From: a virus
Strand: one strand, 5' to 3'
IMG/VR virus record: IMGVR_UViG_3300005662_000024
Length of the DNA stretch: 64,000 bases
A program made the translations under genes and the position numbers. Below, piece by piece: positions 38,192 to 47,969 of this stretch. The notes under the pieces are model-generated. The model was not told where the DNA came from. It ran no database searches and saw only the letters and a list, made by a program, of their open reading frames with translations. Position 1 is the stretch's first letter; each line of letters starts with the position of its first letter.

Positions 38192-39462
38192 TGTCTGAAT
38201 TAATCAATACAAAAAAAAGAACTAATCAGTATTCTGGAAACTATAGTTCAACAGAATACAACAGTAGAGTAGAAGAAAATTACCAAGATCTAGTTTACCT
38301 ATATAATAAATACAATGTTCTTGACAAAAAGATAGATGAAACATTTAATAGGGTCGCTACAGATCATGTATTTATGTCTAGATATATTAAGGATATTCTA
38401 GAAAGAATTAAGGCTATAGAAGCACAAGAAAAAATGATGTCAATACATTCATATAGCCAGATAGATAACGCTAGATTTGCAAGTAATGAAGATTACGCAA
38501 TTTCTTCAGGTGAACAATTAAGTTTTAATTCGATATATAACTACCTAACTTTGCCAGAGATAACTGGATCTTCGGTTTCTCTTTTAAAAACATATAACTC
38601 ACTAAACGATCAGGTCATACCTGATTACATAAACTTAAAAGTAGTTCCATTAAACTCCGCTGATGGCGCCGGCGCTTTAATAGATACAACTCCACCATAT
38701 TATTGCTTATATGATAGGCACGATAGAGTCTGGAGACGTTCAGTGGTAGTAGATGAGCCAGTAATCAACGGTGCACTGATGTATTTTTATATAAAAATTC
38801 CACAAAACTCGATAAACCAAAAGATAAACACACTAATGTTAAGCCCGTATCCATCTAACTCTGTAGATATTATTAGTATTGAATATACTCAAAATCCAAA
38901 TCCAATTTTGTCTGATGGAGATTCATGGAAGCCAATCAACGAAAAGTCACTATACAACAACGATCCAAGTGCAGTTGGATACGTGGCGCCTGGAGGCTGG
39001 GTTAGAAGTACAGTTTCAGACGCTATCCTTTCTTCTGGTCCACTATATTTTAATTTTAATGTCGCACAAACTGACACAAAACCAGTAACTGCTCTAAGAA
39101 TAGCAATGAGACAGAGAAATTATATTAAAGAAAATGGTAAATATATATATACTTATGGTCTATCAGATTTAGATGTTAGAGTAAATAAACACATGCCCAC
39201 AGGAAAAGCGTTTATTAAATATATGGCTCCTGAAGATACTTTAATTTTTACTGTTGATTCTGTTACGCCAAAAATATACAATGTACCATTAAGCTTAATT
39301 GACAACATATTTACTTATAGGGTTATTTATCCAACTTCTTCAGGTGGATATAGTTTGTCGCCACAAGGTGGGTCTTCTAACGTTTGGATAGAGGTTTCTT
39401 TGTCCAAAACTGAAACAGGAGATGTGCCAATTATCAGTGATCTAATTGTAAATTATAGTTAA
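38191..39462 (+). CDS. virion structural protein (423 aa)
   Basis: Overlapping stop/start with the upstream gene; tail-module context. Confidence 0.55.
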   Translation: MSELINTKKRTNQYSGNYSSTEYNSRVEENYQDLVYLYNKYNVLDKKIDETFNRVATDHVFMSRYIKDILERIKAIEAQEKMMSIHSYSQIDNARFASNEDYAISSGEQLSFNSIYNYLTLPEITGSSVSLLKTYNSLNDQVIPDYINLKVVPLNSADGAGALIDTTPPYYCLYDRHDRVWRRSVVVDEPVINGALMYFYIKIPQNSINQKINTLMLSPYPSNSVDIISIEYTQNPNPILSDGDSWKPINEKSLYNNDPSAVGYVAPGGWVRSTVSDAILSSGPLYFNFNVAQTDTKPVTALRIAMRQRNYIKENGKYIYTYGLSDLDVRVNKHMPTGKAFIKYMAPEDTLIFTVDSVTPKIYNVPLSLIDNIFTYRVIYPTSSGGYSLSPQGGSSNVWIEVSLSKTETGDVPIISDLIVNYS

Positions 39463-39465
39463 TTC

Positions 39466-39477
39466 CATTACTATATA
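39466..39477 (+). promoter_or_regulatory. candidate phage-specific promoter element CATTACTATATA
   Basis: Intergenic, just upstream of the 39509 gene; identical 12-mer at 63401-63412. Confidence 0.35.
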
Positions 39478-39508
39478 AATAACCAATTATTTTAATTAAG
39501 GAGTAGAA

Positions 39509-40126
39509 ATGGCTACATTTTATGACGGACCAAGACCAGTTTTAAAGGGTAGAAATACCTCACAAATGGTTAACCCATATAAGGGTACAGCTGGAACGTA
39601 TTCTTTTTATCCACTATTTAGCACTTCCCATGTATTAGATGGGGCTCCTGATAATCATCATGTACCAGGTACTGGATACCACCCAGGAAACGTGCTGTTG
39701 TCGCAGTTGTTTAATGGTACAAATCTGTATGTTCATCCATTGTCTGGAACATTCCCTAATGGTAAAGCTACATATGATGGAGCAAGATTTAAGCCACTTG
39801 AGTACAAGGGCCTTTCAACAGCAAAAGCATTTTCCACAGGCTACGGACACGCAGTAGATAGAGCTAGTGACTATGCTCTTTATAGCAATTATAAGTTTGA
39901 TGGAGTAACATCAGCTAACGTATTTGCCAGCGGTTTTGGTCACGCTCAAAGAACTGATGCGCAAGGTGCAGCTGCCTCTTTTGGATTATTCATACCAGAC
40001 GAGAAGCATGGTGTCCCAAGTGCTATAGTATTTACCAGTGGTTATGGTCAAGCTAACACAACTGGAGACTATGGTCGTGAAAAAATTAACGAATGGGTTG
40101 GCGTCCCATCAGCAAAAGCTCTATAA
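39509..40126 (+). CDS. Gly-rich protein with internal repeats (205 aa), probably structural
   Basis: Strong AAGGAG RBS; 3-4 copies of G(V/L)xSAxxFxxG(Y/F)G(H/Q)A. Confidence 0.65.
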   Translation: MATFYDGPRPVLKGRNTSQMVNPYKGTAGTYSFYPLFSTSHVLDGAPDNHHVPGTGYHPGNVLLSQLFNGTNLYVHPLSGTFPNGKATYDGARFKPLEYKGLSTAKAFSTGYGHAVDRASDYALYSNYKFDGVTSANVFASGFGHAQRTDAQGAAASFGLFIPDEKHGVPSAIVFTSGYGQANTTGDYGREKINEWVGVPSAKAL

Positions 40127-40385
40127 ATATTACACTCAACCAATAAAGCTAGAAAAAGACGAAAGAATTTCTGGATCATATGGTTGGTTAGTTTTATTTC
40201 TTGGCGTTTTAGCGTATGACACATACGCTATTAAAACTAAAAAAATAGAAACATTAACTAGAGCTTTTTGGAGATCTACTGAAAATCCAGCCAAGAGTAT
40301 AGTTCCAGTAGGTGTATGGTTACTTTTAACATTTCATCTTCTAGGAGAAAAAAAGTTAAGAAGAAAAATAACGGAGGAAATTTAA
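40098..40385 (+). CDS. small membrane protein (start uncertain)
   Basis: Two hydrophobic segments (WLVLFLGVLAY and IVPVGVWLLLTFHLL); adjacent to the holin-like gene. Confidence 0.55.
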   Translation: MASHQQKLYKYYTQPIKLEKDERISGSYGWLVLFLGVLAYDTYAIKTKKIETLTRAFWRSTENPAKSIVPVGVWLLLTFHLLGEKKLRRKITEEI

Positions 40386-40582
40386 TGACTAAACTTTATA
40401 AAGATGTTTTAGAAAGAGCACTTTGGACAGCGGTTCAAACATTTATAGCAGTTTGGACGGTTGGAGATATGCAGTCTGCAAAAGCTGCAAGTGTTGCTGC
40501 TATAGCTGCATCTCTTAGCGTAATAAAAGGCTTCGCTGCAACAAAAGTGGGAGATAAGGACTCAGCTGCTACTCTAAAATAG
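40385..40582 (+). CDS. holin-like protein (r1t/actinobacteriophage type, 65 aa)
   Basis: GGAGG RBS before ATG 40385; pattern KDVLERALWTAVQTFIAV...AASLSVIK. Confidence 0.65.
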   Translation: MTKLYKDVLERALWTAVQTFIAVWTVGDMQSAKAASVAAIAASLSVIKGFAATKVGDKDSAATLK

Positions 40583-40612
40583 TTCATTAAGCATCCAGCA
40601 AACCGTTGTTTC

Positions 40613-40621
40613 TGATATAAT
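40613..40621 (+). promoter_or_regulatory. extended -10 promoter (TGATATAAT)
   Basis: TGn-TATAAT in the intergenic gap before the metabolism module. Confidence 0.5.
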
Positions 40622-40642
40622 ATCTGAAAGCGGTAAAGATAG

Positions 40643-40673
40643 ATCCCGCCAATTTTGGCGGGATTAGTCTTTT
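40643..40673 (+). terminator. GC-rich hairpin, probable intrinsic terminator
   Basis: ATCCCGCCAA/TTGGCGGGAT stem followed by TAGTCTTTT, after the holin-like gene. Confidence 0.55.
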
Positions 40674-40720
40674 ATGGCAAAGTTTTTTATAGGTTTTTCG
40701 AAAATTAGATAGGTGAATGT

Positions 40721-41434
40721 ATGTCAGATCTTTTAGATAGAGTAATAAAAGAAAATACTCTACCTCTTGAGTTAGCAGAAGACTACTTAAAAATATATGT
40801 CGCAGACATAGAGTGGAAAACCCATATAAATAAGTTATGGAAGAACTTTAGTAATAAAAAAATAAGCGATGAAGAATGTAAGACATTAGTTAAAAAAGCA
40901 ATAAGCTGTGCCGTTCTTCTTCCAAGTCTAGAAAATACTCAAATACCAGATCCACCTCAGTCTCTATTGTTTTGGTGTACTGCTTGGGCTCAGTTTAATG
41001 AAAGAGATTGGTTTGAGCTGTTTAAAGAAACAGTAGAAAAAGATATTTCTATTAAGAATAATAGAAAAAAAATAATAGAAGCTGGAATAATAGATCCAAT
41101 AGACTACTCACCTTTAACTAGGCAGGCCTATAACTGGCTTTACGATAAAGCCGAATCTAGTGGAGCTATCAATGAGTCTAATAAAGATATTGTTATAAAG
41201 AAGCTTAAAAATATTGTTACAATCTATGGTGGAACAGTGATATCTAGCATTTTTGTTAGTCATCCACAAAATATAGAAAAAGTTACAAATTGGAGAAGTG
41301 CATACTTCTTTGAGAAAGAAATACACAAAGTATATTCTATGGAAAAAATCCTGAAAATAAAAAACATGGAATTTACAAAAACTAATCCAAACTATATTAA
41401 AAAATATAACAAACTAACAAATACAAATAAGTAA
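40721..41434 (+). CDS. hypothetical protein (237 aa)
   Basis: ORF with AGGTGA RBS; no motif recognised. Confidence 0.6.
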   Translation: MSDLLDRVIKENTLPLELAEDYLKIYVADIEWKTHINKLWKNFSNKKISDEECKTLVKKAISCAVLLPSLENTQIPDPPQSLLFWCTAWAQFNERDWFELFKETVEKDISIKNNRKKIIEAGIIDPIDYSPLTRQAYNWLYDKAESSGAINESNKDIVIKKLKNIVTIYGGTVISSIFVSHPQNIEKVTNWRSAYFFEKEIHKVYSMEKILKIKNMEFTKTNPNYIKKYNKLTNTNK

Positions 41435-41453
41435 AAATAAGGAGAAAATTGTA

Positions 41454-43550
41454 ATGTCAGAAGAAATCGAAAACGGAAATCCAGATCTAGTTCCTATATC
41501 AAATAAATCATCAATGTTTATGTTTAGGTTAACAGATGATTTTGTTGATTCATATAGAAGTAAAGTGCCACCATTTGGCTATAGGGACGCTGGAGGAAAC
41601 TCTGTTGGCGAAATAACATTTCTTCGTACATATTCTCGTCTAAAAGAAGATGGGAAAAAAGAAACATGGGTAGATGTATGTGAGCGTGTAATTAATGGAA
41701 TGTACTCATTGCAAAAGGAACACTGCAAAAAGAATAGACTTCCATGGAATGACGCAAAGGCCCAAGCTTCGGCTAAGGAAGGATTTGATCGCCTGTTCAA
41801 CCTAAAATGGACACCACCAGGAAGAGGCTTATGGGCCATGGGTACAAATATAGTTAATATACAAAAAAACTCAGCTGCCCTACAAAACTGTGCATTCGTA
41901 TCAACATCTGAAATGACAAAGCTGAATCCTTCTAAGCCATTTGCGTTCCTAATGGAAGCATCAATGCTTGGCGTTGGAGTTGGATTTGATGATAAGGGAG
42001 CGGATAAAGATTTTAATATCTATGAACCAGTAGGAGAGCCAGTAACTTATGTAATCCCAGACACTAGAGAAGGATGGGTTGAGTCTTTAACTTTGGTTCT
42101 TAATTCTTACCTAAAAGAAAATCAACCTAAATACTCTTTTGACTACTCACAAATAAGACCATCTGGAACTCCAATCAAAACATTCGGAGGTGTAGCTGCT
42201 GGTCATGAACCACTACTTAAGCTTCATAATCATATTGAAAAGATGTTTTCTGGTAGAGCTGGATCAAAGCTTACAAGAGTTGATATAGCAGACATTGGAA
42301 ACTTAATTGGAGTTTGTGTTGTTTCTGGAAACGTAAGAAGATCTGCTGAGCTTTTAATAGGTAGATTAAATGATGAAAAGTTCTTAAACTTAAAAAATAA
42401 AGATGAATTTCCAGAAAGAAATTCCTATGATCCAAACAATCCAGGATGGGGATGGATGTCAAACAACTCTGTTGAAACAGAAGTTGGTGCTGACTTAACC
42501 CCAATAATAGAAGGTATATCTCTTAATGGAGAACCAGGAGTTATTTGGATGGATGTTTCTAGAAAGTATGGAAGACTTATTGATCCTCCAAATAACAAAG
42601 ACCATAGAGTTGCTGGCTATAACCCATGCGCAGAGCAATCGCTTGAATCATATGAGTGCTGTACACTTGTGGAGACTTATCTTGGCAGACATGAAAACCT
42701 AGAAGATTATAAGCGTACCCTTAAGTTTGCTTACCTATATGCAAAAACTGTAACTCTTCTTCCAACACATTGGGAAGAGACAAATGCAATCATGCAACGA
42801 AACCGCAGAATTGGAACATCAATGTCTGGTGTTGCAGACTTTGCGGATAGACTTGGTATGCCAGTTCTAAAGGAATGGATGAACCAAGGATACAAAACAA
42901 TTCAAAGATACGATAACGTATACTCTGAATGGCTTGGTATTCGTGAGTCAATAAAGATGACAACCGTTAAGCCGTCTGGGACAGTTTCTATTTTGGCTGG
43001 AGAATCACCAGGAGTTCACTGGACGCCTGGTGGCAAGTTCTTTAATAGAACAATTAGATTCTCTAATGAAGATCCAATGTTACCACTTTTTAGAATGGCA
43101 AACTATGTAGTTGAGCCGGCATCTGAGTCGCCAGATACAACTTCTGTGGTTTATTTCCCTATAAAATCTCAAGCAGTTAGGTCAGAAAAGGACGTAACAA
43201 TTTTTGAGAAAATGGCTTTAGCCACTACTGCACAAAGATACTGGTCGGACAATTCTGTTTCTGTTACCATTTCCTTTAACAAGGAAACAGAAGCCCAACA
43301 CGTAGGTACCGTACTGCATATGCATGATGGTCAGTTAAAGTCTGTATCTTTCTTGCCAAGTGGAAACGACACCTACCCACAAATGCCATATACGCAGATT
43401 ACAGAAGAGGAATATACAACAGCTTCAATGTCTTTGTTTCCTATAGATCTTACTGGAGTCTACGCTGGAATGGCAGCAGACGCTATAGGTGAACGCTACT
43501 GTACTACAGACTCATGCGAGATTAAATTTATAAAAGAAGTTAATAGTTGA
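41454..43550 (+). CDS. nrdJ: class II (adenosylcobalamin-dependent, monomeric RTPR-type) ribonucleotide reductase
   Basis: PPGRGLW, NCAF, GNVRRSA, NPCAE (thiyl Cys), TTVKPSGT and C-terminal CTTDSC. Confidence 0.93.
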   Translation: MSEEIENGNPDLVPISNKSSMFMFRLTDDFVDSYRSKVPPFGYRDAGGNSVGEITFLRTYSRLKEDGKKETWVDVCERVINGMYSLQKEHCKKNRLPWNDAKAQASAKEGFDRLFNLKWTPPGRGLWAMGTNIVNIQKNSAALQNCAFVSTSEMTKLNPSKPFAFLMEASMLGVGVGFDDKGADKDFNIYEPVGEPVTYVIPDTREGWVESLTLVLNSYLKENQPKYSFDYSQIRPSGTPIKTFGGVAAGHEPLLKLHNHIEKMFSGRAGSKLTRVDIADIGNLIGVCVVSGNVRRSAELLIGRLNDEKFLNLKNKDEFPERNSYDPNNPGWGWMSNNSVETEVGADLTPIIEGISLNGEPGVIWMDVSRKYGRLIDPPNNKDHRVAGYNPCAEQSLESYECCTLVETYLGRHENLEDYKRTLKFAYLYAKTVTLLPTHWEETNAIMQRNRRIGTSMSGVADFADRLGMPVLKEWMNQGYKTIQRYDNVYSEWLGIRESIKMTTVKPSGTVSILAGESPGVHWTPGGKFFNRTIRFSNEDPMLPLFRMANYVVEPASESPDTTSVVYFPIKSQAVRSEKDVTIFEKMALATTAQRYWSDNSVSVTISFNKETEAQHVGTVLHMHDGQLKSVSFLPSGNDTYPQMPYTQITEEEYTTASMSLFPIDLTGVYAGMAADAIGERYCTTDSCEIKFIKEVNS

Positions 43551-43556
43551 TAGAAA

Positions 43557-43928
43557 ATGAGCGATAATAATTTTGAAGATAAGTTTTTTGATATAACAAA
43601 AAATGAACATATTGATAATGTAGACGTTATTCTTAATGAAGAAAAAATAAACTATGCAAAAAATTATCTTAATATTATCAACTCATTAAATCAACTTATA
43701 GTACATATAAGCGCAATGACAATTGACCTTCTTAATGATCCTACGTTTTCTCTAGATAAAGAAATATGTGATATGATAGATGAAGCATTTGTTATGTCGG
43801 AAGATCTAACCGACTTAATAATAAAAAATTATTATTCTATATCAATAGATGATTTTGAAGAAGTTAATGGTTTCATAGAGGACGAGTATGGAGATGATGA
43901 AGGAAACGGCAACTACGGAGAGTACTAA
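43557..43928 (+). CDS. acidic hypothetical protein
   Basis: 123-aa ORF, D/E-rich. Confidence 0.55.
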   Translation: MSDNNFEDKFFDITKNEHIDNVDVILNEEKINYAKNYLNIINSLNQLIVHISAMTIDLLNDPTFSLDKEICDMIDEAFVMSEDLTDLIIKNYYSISIDDFEEVNGFIEDEYGDDEGNGNYGEY

Positions 43929-44676
43929 AGATTTAATTGAAATTGAATCAAATATAGTTTCTGGCGTTGATGATGAATACAATAGAGTTATACAAGTACT
44001 AAATAATGGATATGTAAGATTAGTTGATCATATGGGTTCAGATGTCTCAGTCGCAAATGCGGCTAGGGCCTCCTTTGCTAAGGAGAATCCAACAAAAGAT
44101 CTAACTACCTCAGATGCTAGATTAATCAAATATCTAGCTAGAGAAAATCATATGTCTCCTTTTAGGCACGCTTTTATAACCCTGGAGTTCAAAGCCCCAT
44201 TAATGGTTGCACGACAGCATTGGAAATATGTAGTTGGTTCAGATCATACAATGGATTCATGGAATGAGTCTTCAAGAAGATATATAACAATGGATCCAGA
44301 CTTCTATGTACCAAAACCAGATGAATGGAGATTAGCTCCAGAGGATAAGAAGCAGGGTTCTGCAGGGTTAATGTCACCTTGGGATGGTTCTATATTTACT
44401 GAACAGCTAAAAAGACTAATAGAAACAAGCGAAGCTTTGTATAATATGGCATTAAGTAGCAATATAGCTCCAGAGCAAGCAAGACTGTTTCTTCCAGCTT
44501 ATGCAATGAATGTTGTATATAGGTGGTCTTGCAGCCTACAGTCTGTAGCTTTGTTCTTGTCACAAAGACTAGCAGAAGATGCGCAAAAGGAAATACAACT
44601 TTATGCCGATGCGGTGTACAGATTAGTTCAACCTTTGTATCCAGTTTCTATAGCATCTTTAATAGGGGTAGAATAA
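43888..44676 (+). CDS. thyX: flavin-dependent thymidylate synthase
   Basis: GYVRLVDHMGSD, AARAS, HMSPF, VARQ, SWNESSRRY, EQAR and AQKEI motifs. Confidence 0.9.
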   Translation: MEMMKETATTESTKDLIEIESNIVSGVDDEYNRVIQVLNNGYVRLVDHMGSDVSVANAARASFAKENPTKDLTTSDARLIKYLARENHMSPFRHAFITLEFKAPLMVARQHWKYVVGSDHTMDSWNESSRRYITMDPDFYVPKPDEWRLAPEDKKQGSAGLMSPWDGSIFTEQLKRLIETSEALYNMALSSNIAPEQARLFLPAYAMNVVYRWSCSLQSVALFLSQRLAEDAQKEIQLYADAVYRLVQPLYPVSIASLIGVE

Positions 44677-44847
44677 TTGATTTTAAATATACTTAAAATA
44701 ATATTAATTACATTATTGATGAATTGGTTAATTTCGCTTCATTTTTTCTTGCAGTCAAATATGAATAACAAAAAAATCAAAAATCAATTGATCACAATAT
44801 GCCTAGCCATAGGGGCTTTGGTGCCGGCAATATTTATATATTTATGA
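44677..44847 (+). CDS. small membrane protein (56 aa, TTG start; not in ORF track)
   Basis: Fills the thyX-deaminase gap exactly; two hydrophobic segments. Confidence 0.5.
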   Translation: MILNILKIILITLLMNWLISLHFFLQSNMNNKKIKNQLITICLAIGALVPAIFIYL

Positions 44848-45314
44848 ATGTAACAAAAAAAGACAGACAATTTATTGAGCTATGTTCAGCTGCATCTAAA
44901 ATTTTTTCTACTTGTGCAAAAAAACAATACGCAGCTATTCTAGTTGACAATTTAAATCACATTGTTGGATTTGGATACAATGGTGGGCCATCAAATCACG
45001 ATCACTGTAATGAAGGTGGCTGTCCAAGATATAATGAAAATAGCGAAAATGGATCGTCTTATGATAACTGTATTGCGATACATGCAGAAGCAAACGCTAT
45101 AATACATAGCGATTATTCTTCTAATGCAGAAAGATTATATGTAAATGGACCACCATGCTTTTCTTGTGCTAAACTGATTGCAAATAGTAAAATTAAAAAA
45201 GTATATTATATTACTGATCCAAATTATACATATATAAATTGGAATCAAATAAAAAGTTTTTTACAAAAATCAAATGTTGAAACGATAGAAGTTTTATGGC
45301 AGCATCAAAATTAA
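44844..45314 (+). CDS. dCMP deaminase
   Basis: GYNG, HAEANA and PPCFSC zinc motifs; likely start ATG 44844. Confidence 0.88.
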   Translation: MNVTKKDRQFIELCSAASKIFSTCAKKQYAAILVDNLNHIVGFGYNGGPSNHDHCNEGGCPRYNENSENGSSYDNCIAIHAEANAIIHSDYSSNAERLYVNGPPCFSCAKLIANSKIKKVYYITDPNYTYINWNQIKSFLQKSNVETIEVLWQHQN

Positions 45315-45490
45315 ATTATATAGTTCTTTACGAAGGAATAAGCCAAGTATATGGATGTTCCTCAAAGAAGATAGCAATAGAAAGCCCTCCTCCAGCTGGA
45401 GTTGGACAAGATAAGAAAAAAATATATTTTATAACATTAGAACCAGATACTAACAATTTATGTATACACAGAGTAGAAGAAAATGAGTAA
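45296..45490 (+). CDS. hypothetical protein (64 aa)
   Basis: Overlaps its neighbours in operon fashion. Confidence 0.5.
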   Translation: MAASKLNYIVLYEGISQVYGCSSKKIAIESPPPAGVGQDKKKIYFITLEPDTNNLCIHRVEENE

Positions 45491-45722
45491 AAAACAAACA
45501 GAAAAAAAGAAAGTAATCTTAAAATTAAAAGCTCAAGAATCCTATATTGTAGCTGATTCTGAATTTTTTATTAGAATAGCTGAGTCATTAGAGTTATTGG
45601 CTAAATTATCAGAAGATAAAAACCAAAAGACGCAACATACAAACAACGCTAACTTTATAAGAAACAATTCTTATACTAATGTTTTTAATCCTCAAATAAA
45701 CGATTACGAAGATTGGGATTAG
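45483..45722 (+). CDS. hypothetical protein (79 aa)
   Basis: Overlaps its neighbours in operon fashion. Confidence 0.5.
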   Translation: MSKKQTEKKKVILKLKAQESYIVADSEFFIRIAESLELLAKLSEDKNQKTQHTNNANFIRNNSYTNVFNPQINDYEDWD

Positions 45723-45727
45723 CAAAT

Positions 45728-46543
45728 ATGATAGATCTATGTGTGGTAAATCACAACACCCGAAGACTAATGCAACGCTTTTTGGACGAGTTGCATAGTG
45801 ATTTAGATAGTCCAAATGGCGCGCTCAATAAAAATTGGAACCTACATATTACAGATAATGATTCTACTGATGATTTTGTAGAGTTTATAAGAAATAATGG
45901 TCATACTTATCATATAGATAATTTATTCTTAAGAAAGAATATAGGTTATTCAGCAGCGTGTAATTATATGGCTAGTAAGACTAGCGGAGATATAATAGGC
46001 CTTTTAAATTCTGACGTTTGGATGACAAGCTCTGATGTACTTAAGATAGAAAAAATATTTAATGATAATCCTGATATCCATATTCTTGGTCCAAAACAAA
46101 GAGACGAATACGGAAGAGTAACTCACGCAGGAATTACTGGAACAGGCTCTAAGCCAGTAATGAGAGGGTGGATGGTATCAGACAAAGACGATAGTATGTT
46201 TAGAGATAGAATTGATTGCGTATCAGTTTCTGGATCAGCTTACTTTATTAGAAGAGAAGTTTGGAATGCAATGACTAACAATGCAGATTTTAGAAAGCTA
46301 CATCCGGAAGCTCTTGGGGCGTTCTTGCCTACCCCTCATTATTATGAAGAAACTTGGTGTTCATATTTTGCTAGACACCTAGGATACAATGTTGTTTATG
46401 ATGGTTCAGTGTCAATAGGTCACAGTTGGCATGCATCATCAGCAAAACCAGGAGAGGGTGTAAGTCATGTCGATCATTACTTTCCAATCTCTAGGGAAAT
46501 ATTCAGAAAAGCATGTGATCATTTTGGAATAGAAAGAGATTAA
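45728..46543 (+). CDS. glycosyltransferase family 2
   Basis: DLCVVNHNT, DNDSTD, NIGYSAACN, LLNSD, VSGSA and YYEET motifs. Confidence 0.85.
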   Translation: MIDLCVVNHNTRRLMQRFLDELHSDLDSPNGALNKNWNLHITDNDSTDDFVEFIRNNGHTYHIDNLFLRKNIGYSAACNYMASKTSGDIIGLLNSDVWMTSSDVLKIEKIFNDNPDIHILGPKQRDEYGRVTHAGITGTGSKPVMRGWMVSDKDDSMFRDRIDCVSVSGSAYFIRREVWNAMTNNADFRKLHPEALGAFLPTPHYYEETWCSYFARHLGYNVVYDGSVSIGHSWHASSAKPGEGVSHVDHYFPISREIFRKACDHFGIERD

Positions 46544-46545
46544 AT

Positions 46546-46947
46546 ATGAGCGATAAATTAAACCCGTGGATATATAACGCAGAAGTAAAAAAAATAGTTG
46601 ATGGTGATACATTTGATATTGTTATTGACTTAGGATTTGATACTTTACGCAAAGGAAGAGTTAGATTGTATGGGGTTAATACTCCAGAGAGTAGAACTTC
46701 TAATTTAGAAGAAAAAAAACAAGGACTTGCGGCAAAAGAATTTACAGAACAATGGCTAGCAAAAGCAGATAATTGGGTTAAGATAGAAACTATTATTGAT
46801 AAAAACGAAAAATATGGTAGAGTCTTAGCTAAAGTTTGGGATAAAGATGGCAACTGTTTAAATACTGATATAGTTGCATCAGGCCTTGCTAGAGAGTATT
46901 ATGGTGTTGGAGATAAGACATGGACGGAATTTAAAAAGGACAAGTAG
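46546..46947 (+). CDS. thermonuclease (SNase-like)
   Basis: VDGDT, RVRLYGVNTPE, KYGRVLA and GLAREY motifs. Confidence 0.88.
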   Translation: MSDKLNPWIYNAEVKKIVDGDTFDIVIDLGFDTLRKGRVRLYGVNTPESRTSNLEEKKQGLAAKEFTEQWLAKADNWVKIETIIDKNEKYGRVLAKVWDKDGNCLNTDIVASGLAREYYGVGDKTWTEFKKDK

Positions 46948-47351
46948 TGCAAACATTTTTGCCATATAATGATTTTCTTCATTCAGTAAAAGTATTAGAT
47001 TATAAAAGATTAGGAAAACAACGTGTTGAAACATTTCAAGTTCTTAACATTTTACTCGATAGAACGCCTACGAAAGGCTGGAGAAACCATCCAGTTACTC
47101 GTATGTGGACTGGTTATGAAGAAGCGCTGAAGTTATATCAAAACTTTACCATAGAAGAATGGATCAAAAGAGGATATAAAAATACTATGCAGCTAGAAAA
47201 AATAGACATGCGTAATATTAAACTTCCACCATGGTTTGGTGACGAACAACTACATAGATCTCATAGGTCTAATTTACTTAGAAAAGATTATGAATATTAT
47301 TCTCAGTATTTTGACGAGCCGTCAGATTTAGAGTATTATTGGCCAGTATGA
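46947..47351 (+). CDS. pyrimidine-dimer DNA glycosylase-like (MSMEG_6728-type) protein
   Basis: MQTFLPY..F......LD.KRLGKQRVE...W.NHP...MW.G...HRSHRSNLLRKD. Confidence 0.78.
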   Translation: MQTFLPYNDFLHSVKVLDYKRLGKQRVETFQVLNILLDRTPTKGWRNHPVTRMWTGYEEALKLYQNFTIEEWIKRGYKNTMQLEKIDMRNIKLPPWFGDEQLHRSHRSNLLRKDYEYYSQYFDEPSDLEYYWPV

Positions 47352-47752
47352 GTATAACAATTTATCTCGCAGGTGCCATGGACTATGTTGGCGATTATGC
47401 AAAAGGGTGGAGACAAGAAGCTACATTCATGTTAAATCAACGTGGCTATAAAGTACTTGACCCAACGTCTATTCCTGAAGAAGATGGTATGAGCGCAGAA
47501 GAAATTGCACAAAAAAATCTCTTCATGCAGAAGAATTCAGATATACTTCTGGTAGAATACATGCTAGAAGACAGAGCGTATATAGGAACTGATTTTGAAA
47601 TGGCTTGGGCAAAGCTTCATGGTCAGCCTTCAATCGTTATGTGTTCTAAGCAGAATAAAGATCGTCCATATATGAAATATATGGCAACAAAACTTGCAGA
47701 AGATCTGCAAGATGCTATAGAATATATAGCAGTACATTATCCAATTAACTAA
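47348..47752 (+). CDS. nucleoside 2-deoxyribosyltransferase-like / nucleotide hydrolase
   Basis: IYLAGAM...WR...VLDP...SDILLV...GTDFE. Confidence 0.75.
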   Translation: MSITIYLAGAMDYVGDYAKGWRQEATFMLNQRGYKVLDPTSIPEEDGMSAEEIAQKNLFMQKNSDILLVEYMLEDRAYIGTDFEMAWAKLHGQPSIVMCSKQNKDRPYMKYMATKLAEDLQDAIEYIAVHYPIN

Positions 47753-47768
47753 AAAGGAAAAGGTAAAT

Positions 47769-47951
47769 ATGTCAGATAATAAGTTCAAGTACTTTACTGT
47801 TGAGTCACTTGTTGTAGTTAAGGCTAACAACAAGACAGACGCAGAGAAGCTTGCGATGGGCCGTAAGGGAGTCCAGGGTGAAGTCATCCTTAAGACAACC
47901 GATGTCGAGCGCATTTCAGCAGTTGAAGCACGTAAGCAAATCGAAATCTGA
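47769..47951 (+). CDS. small protein (60 aa), probably highly expressed
   Basis: AAGG RBS; codons skewed to AAG/TTC/ATC/CGT; followed by a long hairpin. Confidence 0.7.
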   Translation: MSDNKFKYFTVESLVVVKANNKTDAEKLAMGRKGVQGEVILKTTDVERISAVEARKQIEI

Positions 47952-47969
47952 TTTTAATTAGATATAACC

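Noticed and set aside
38879-39857. Nested + strand ORFs 38879..39088 and 39639..39857
   Set aside because: They lie wholly inside well-supported genes in another frame, with no independent support.
40583-40720. Possible tRNA (the sought quadruplet decoder) in this or other intergenic gaps (47952-48026, 59570-59683, 63761-63869)
   Set aside because: Only single hairpins; no cloverleaf, T-loop GTTC or CCA end could be identified.
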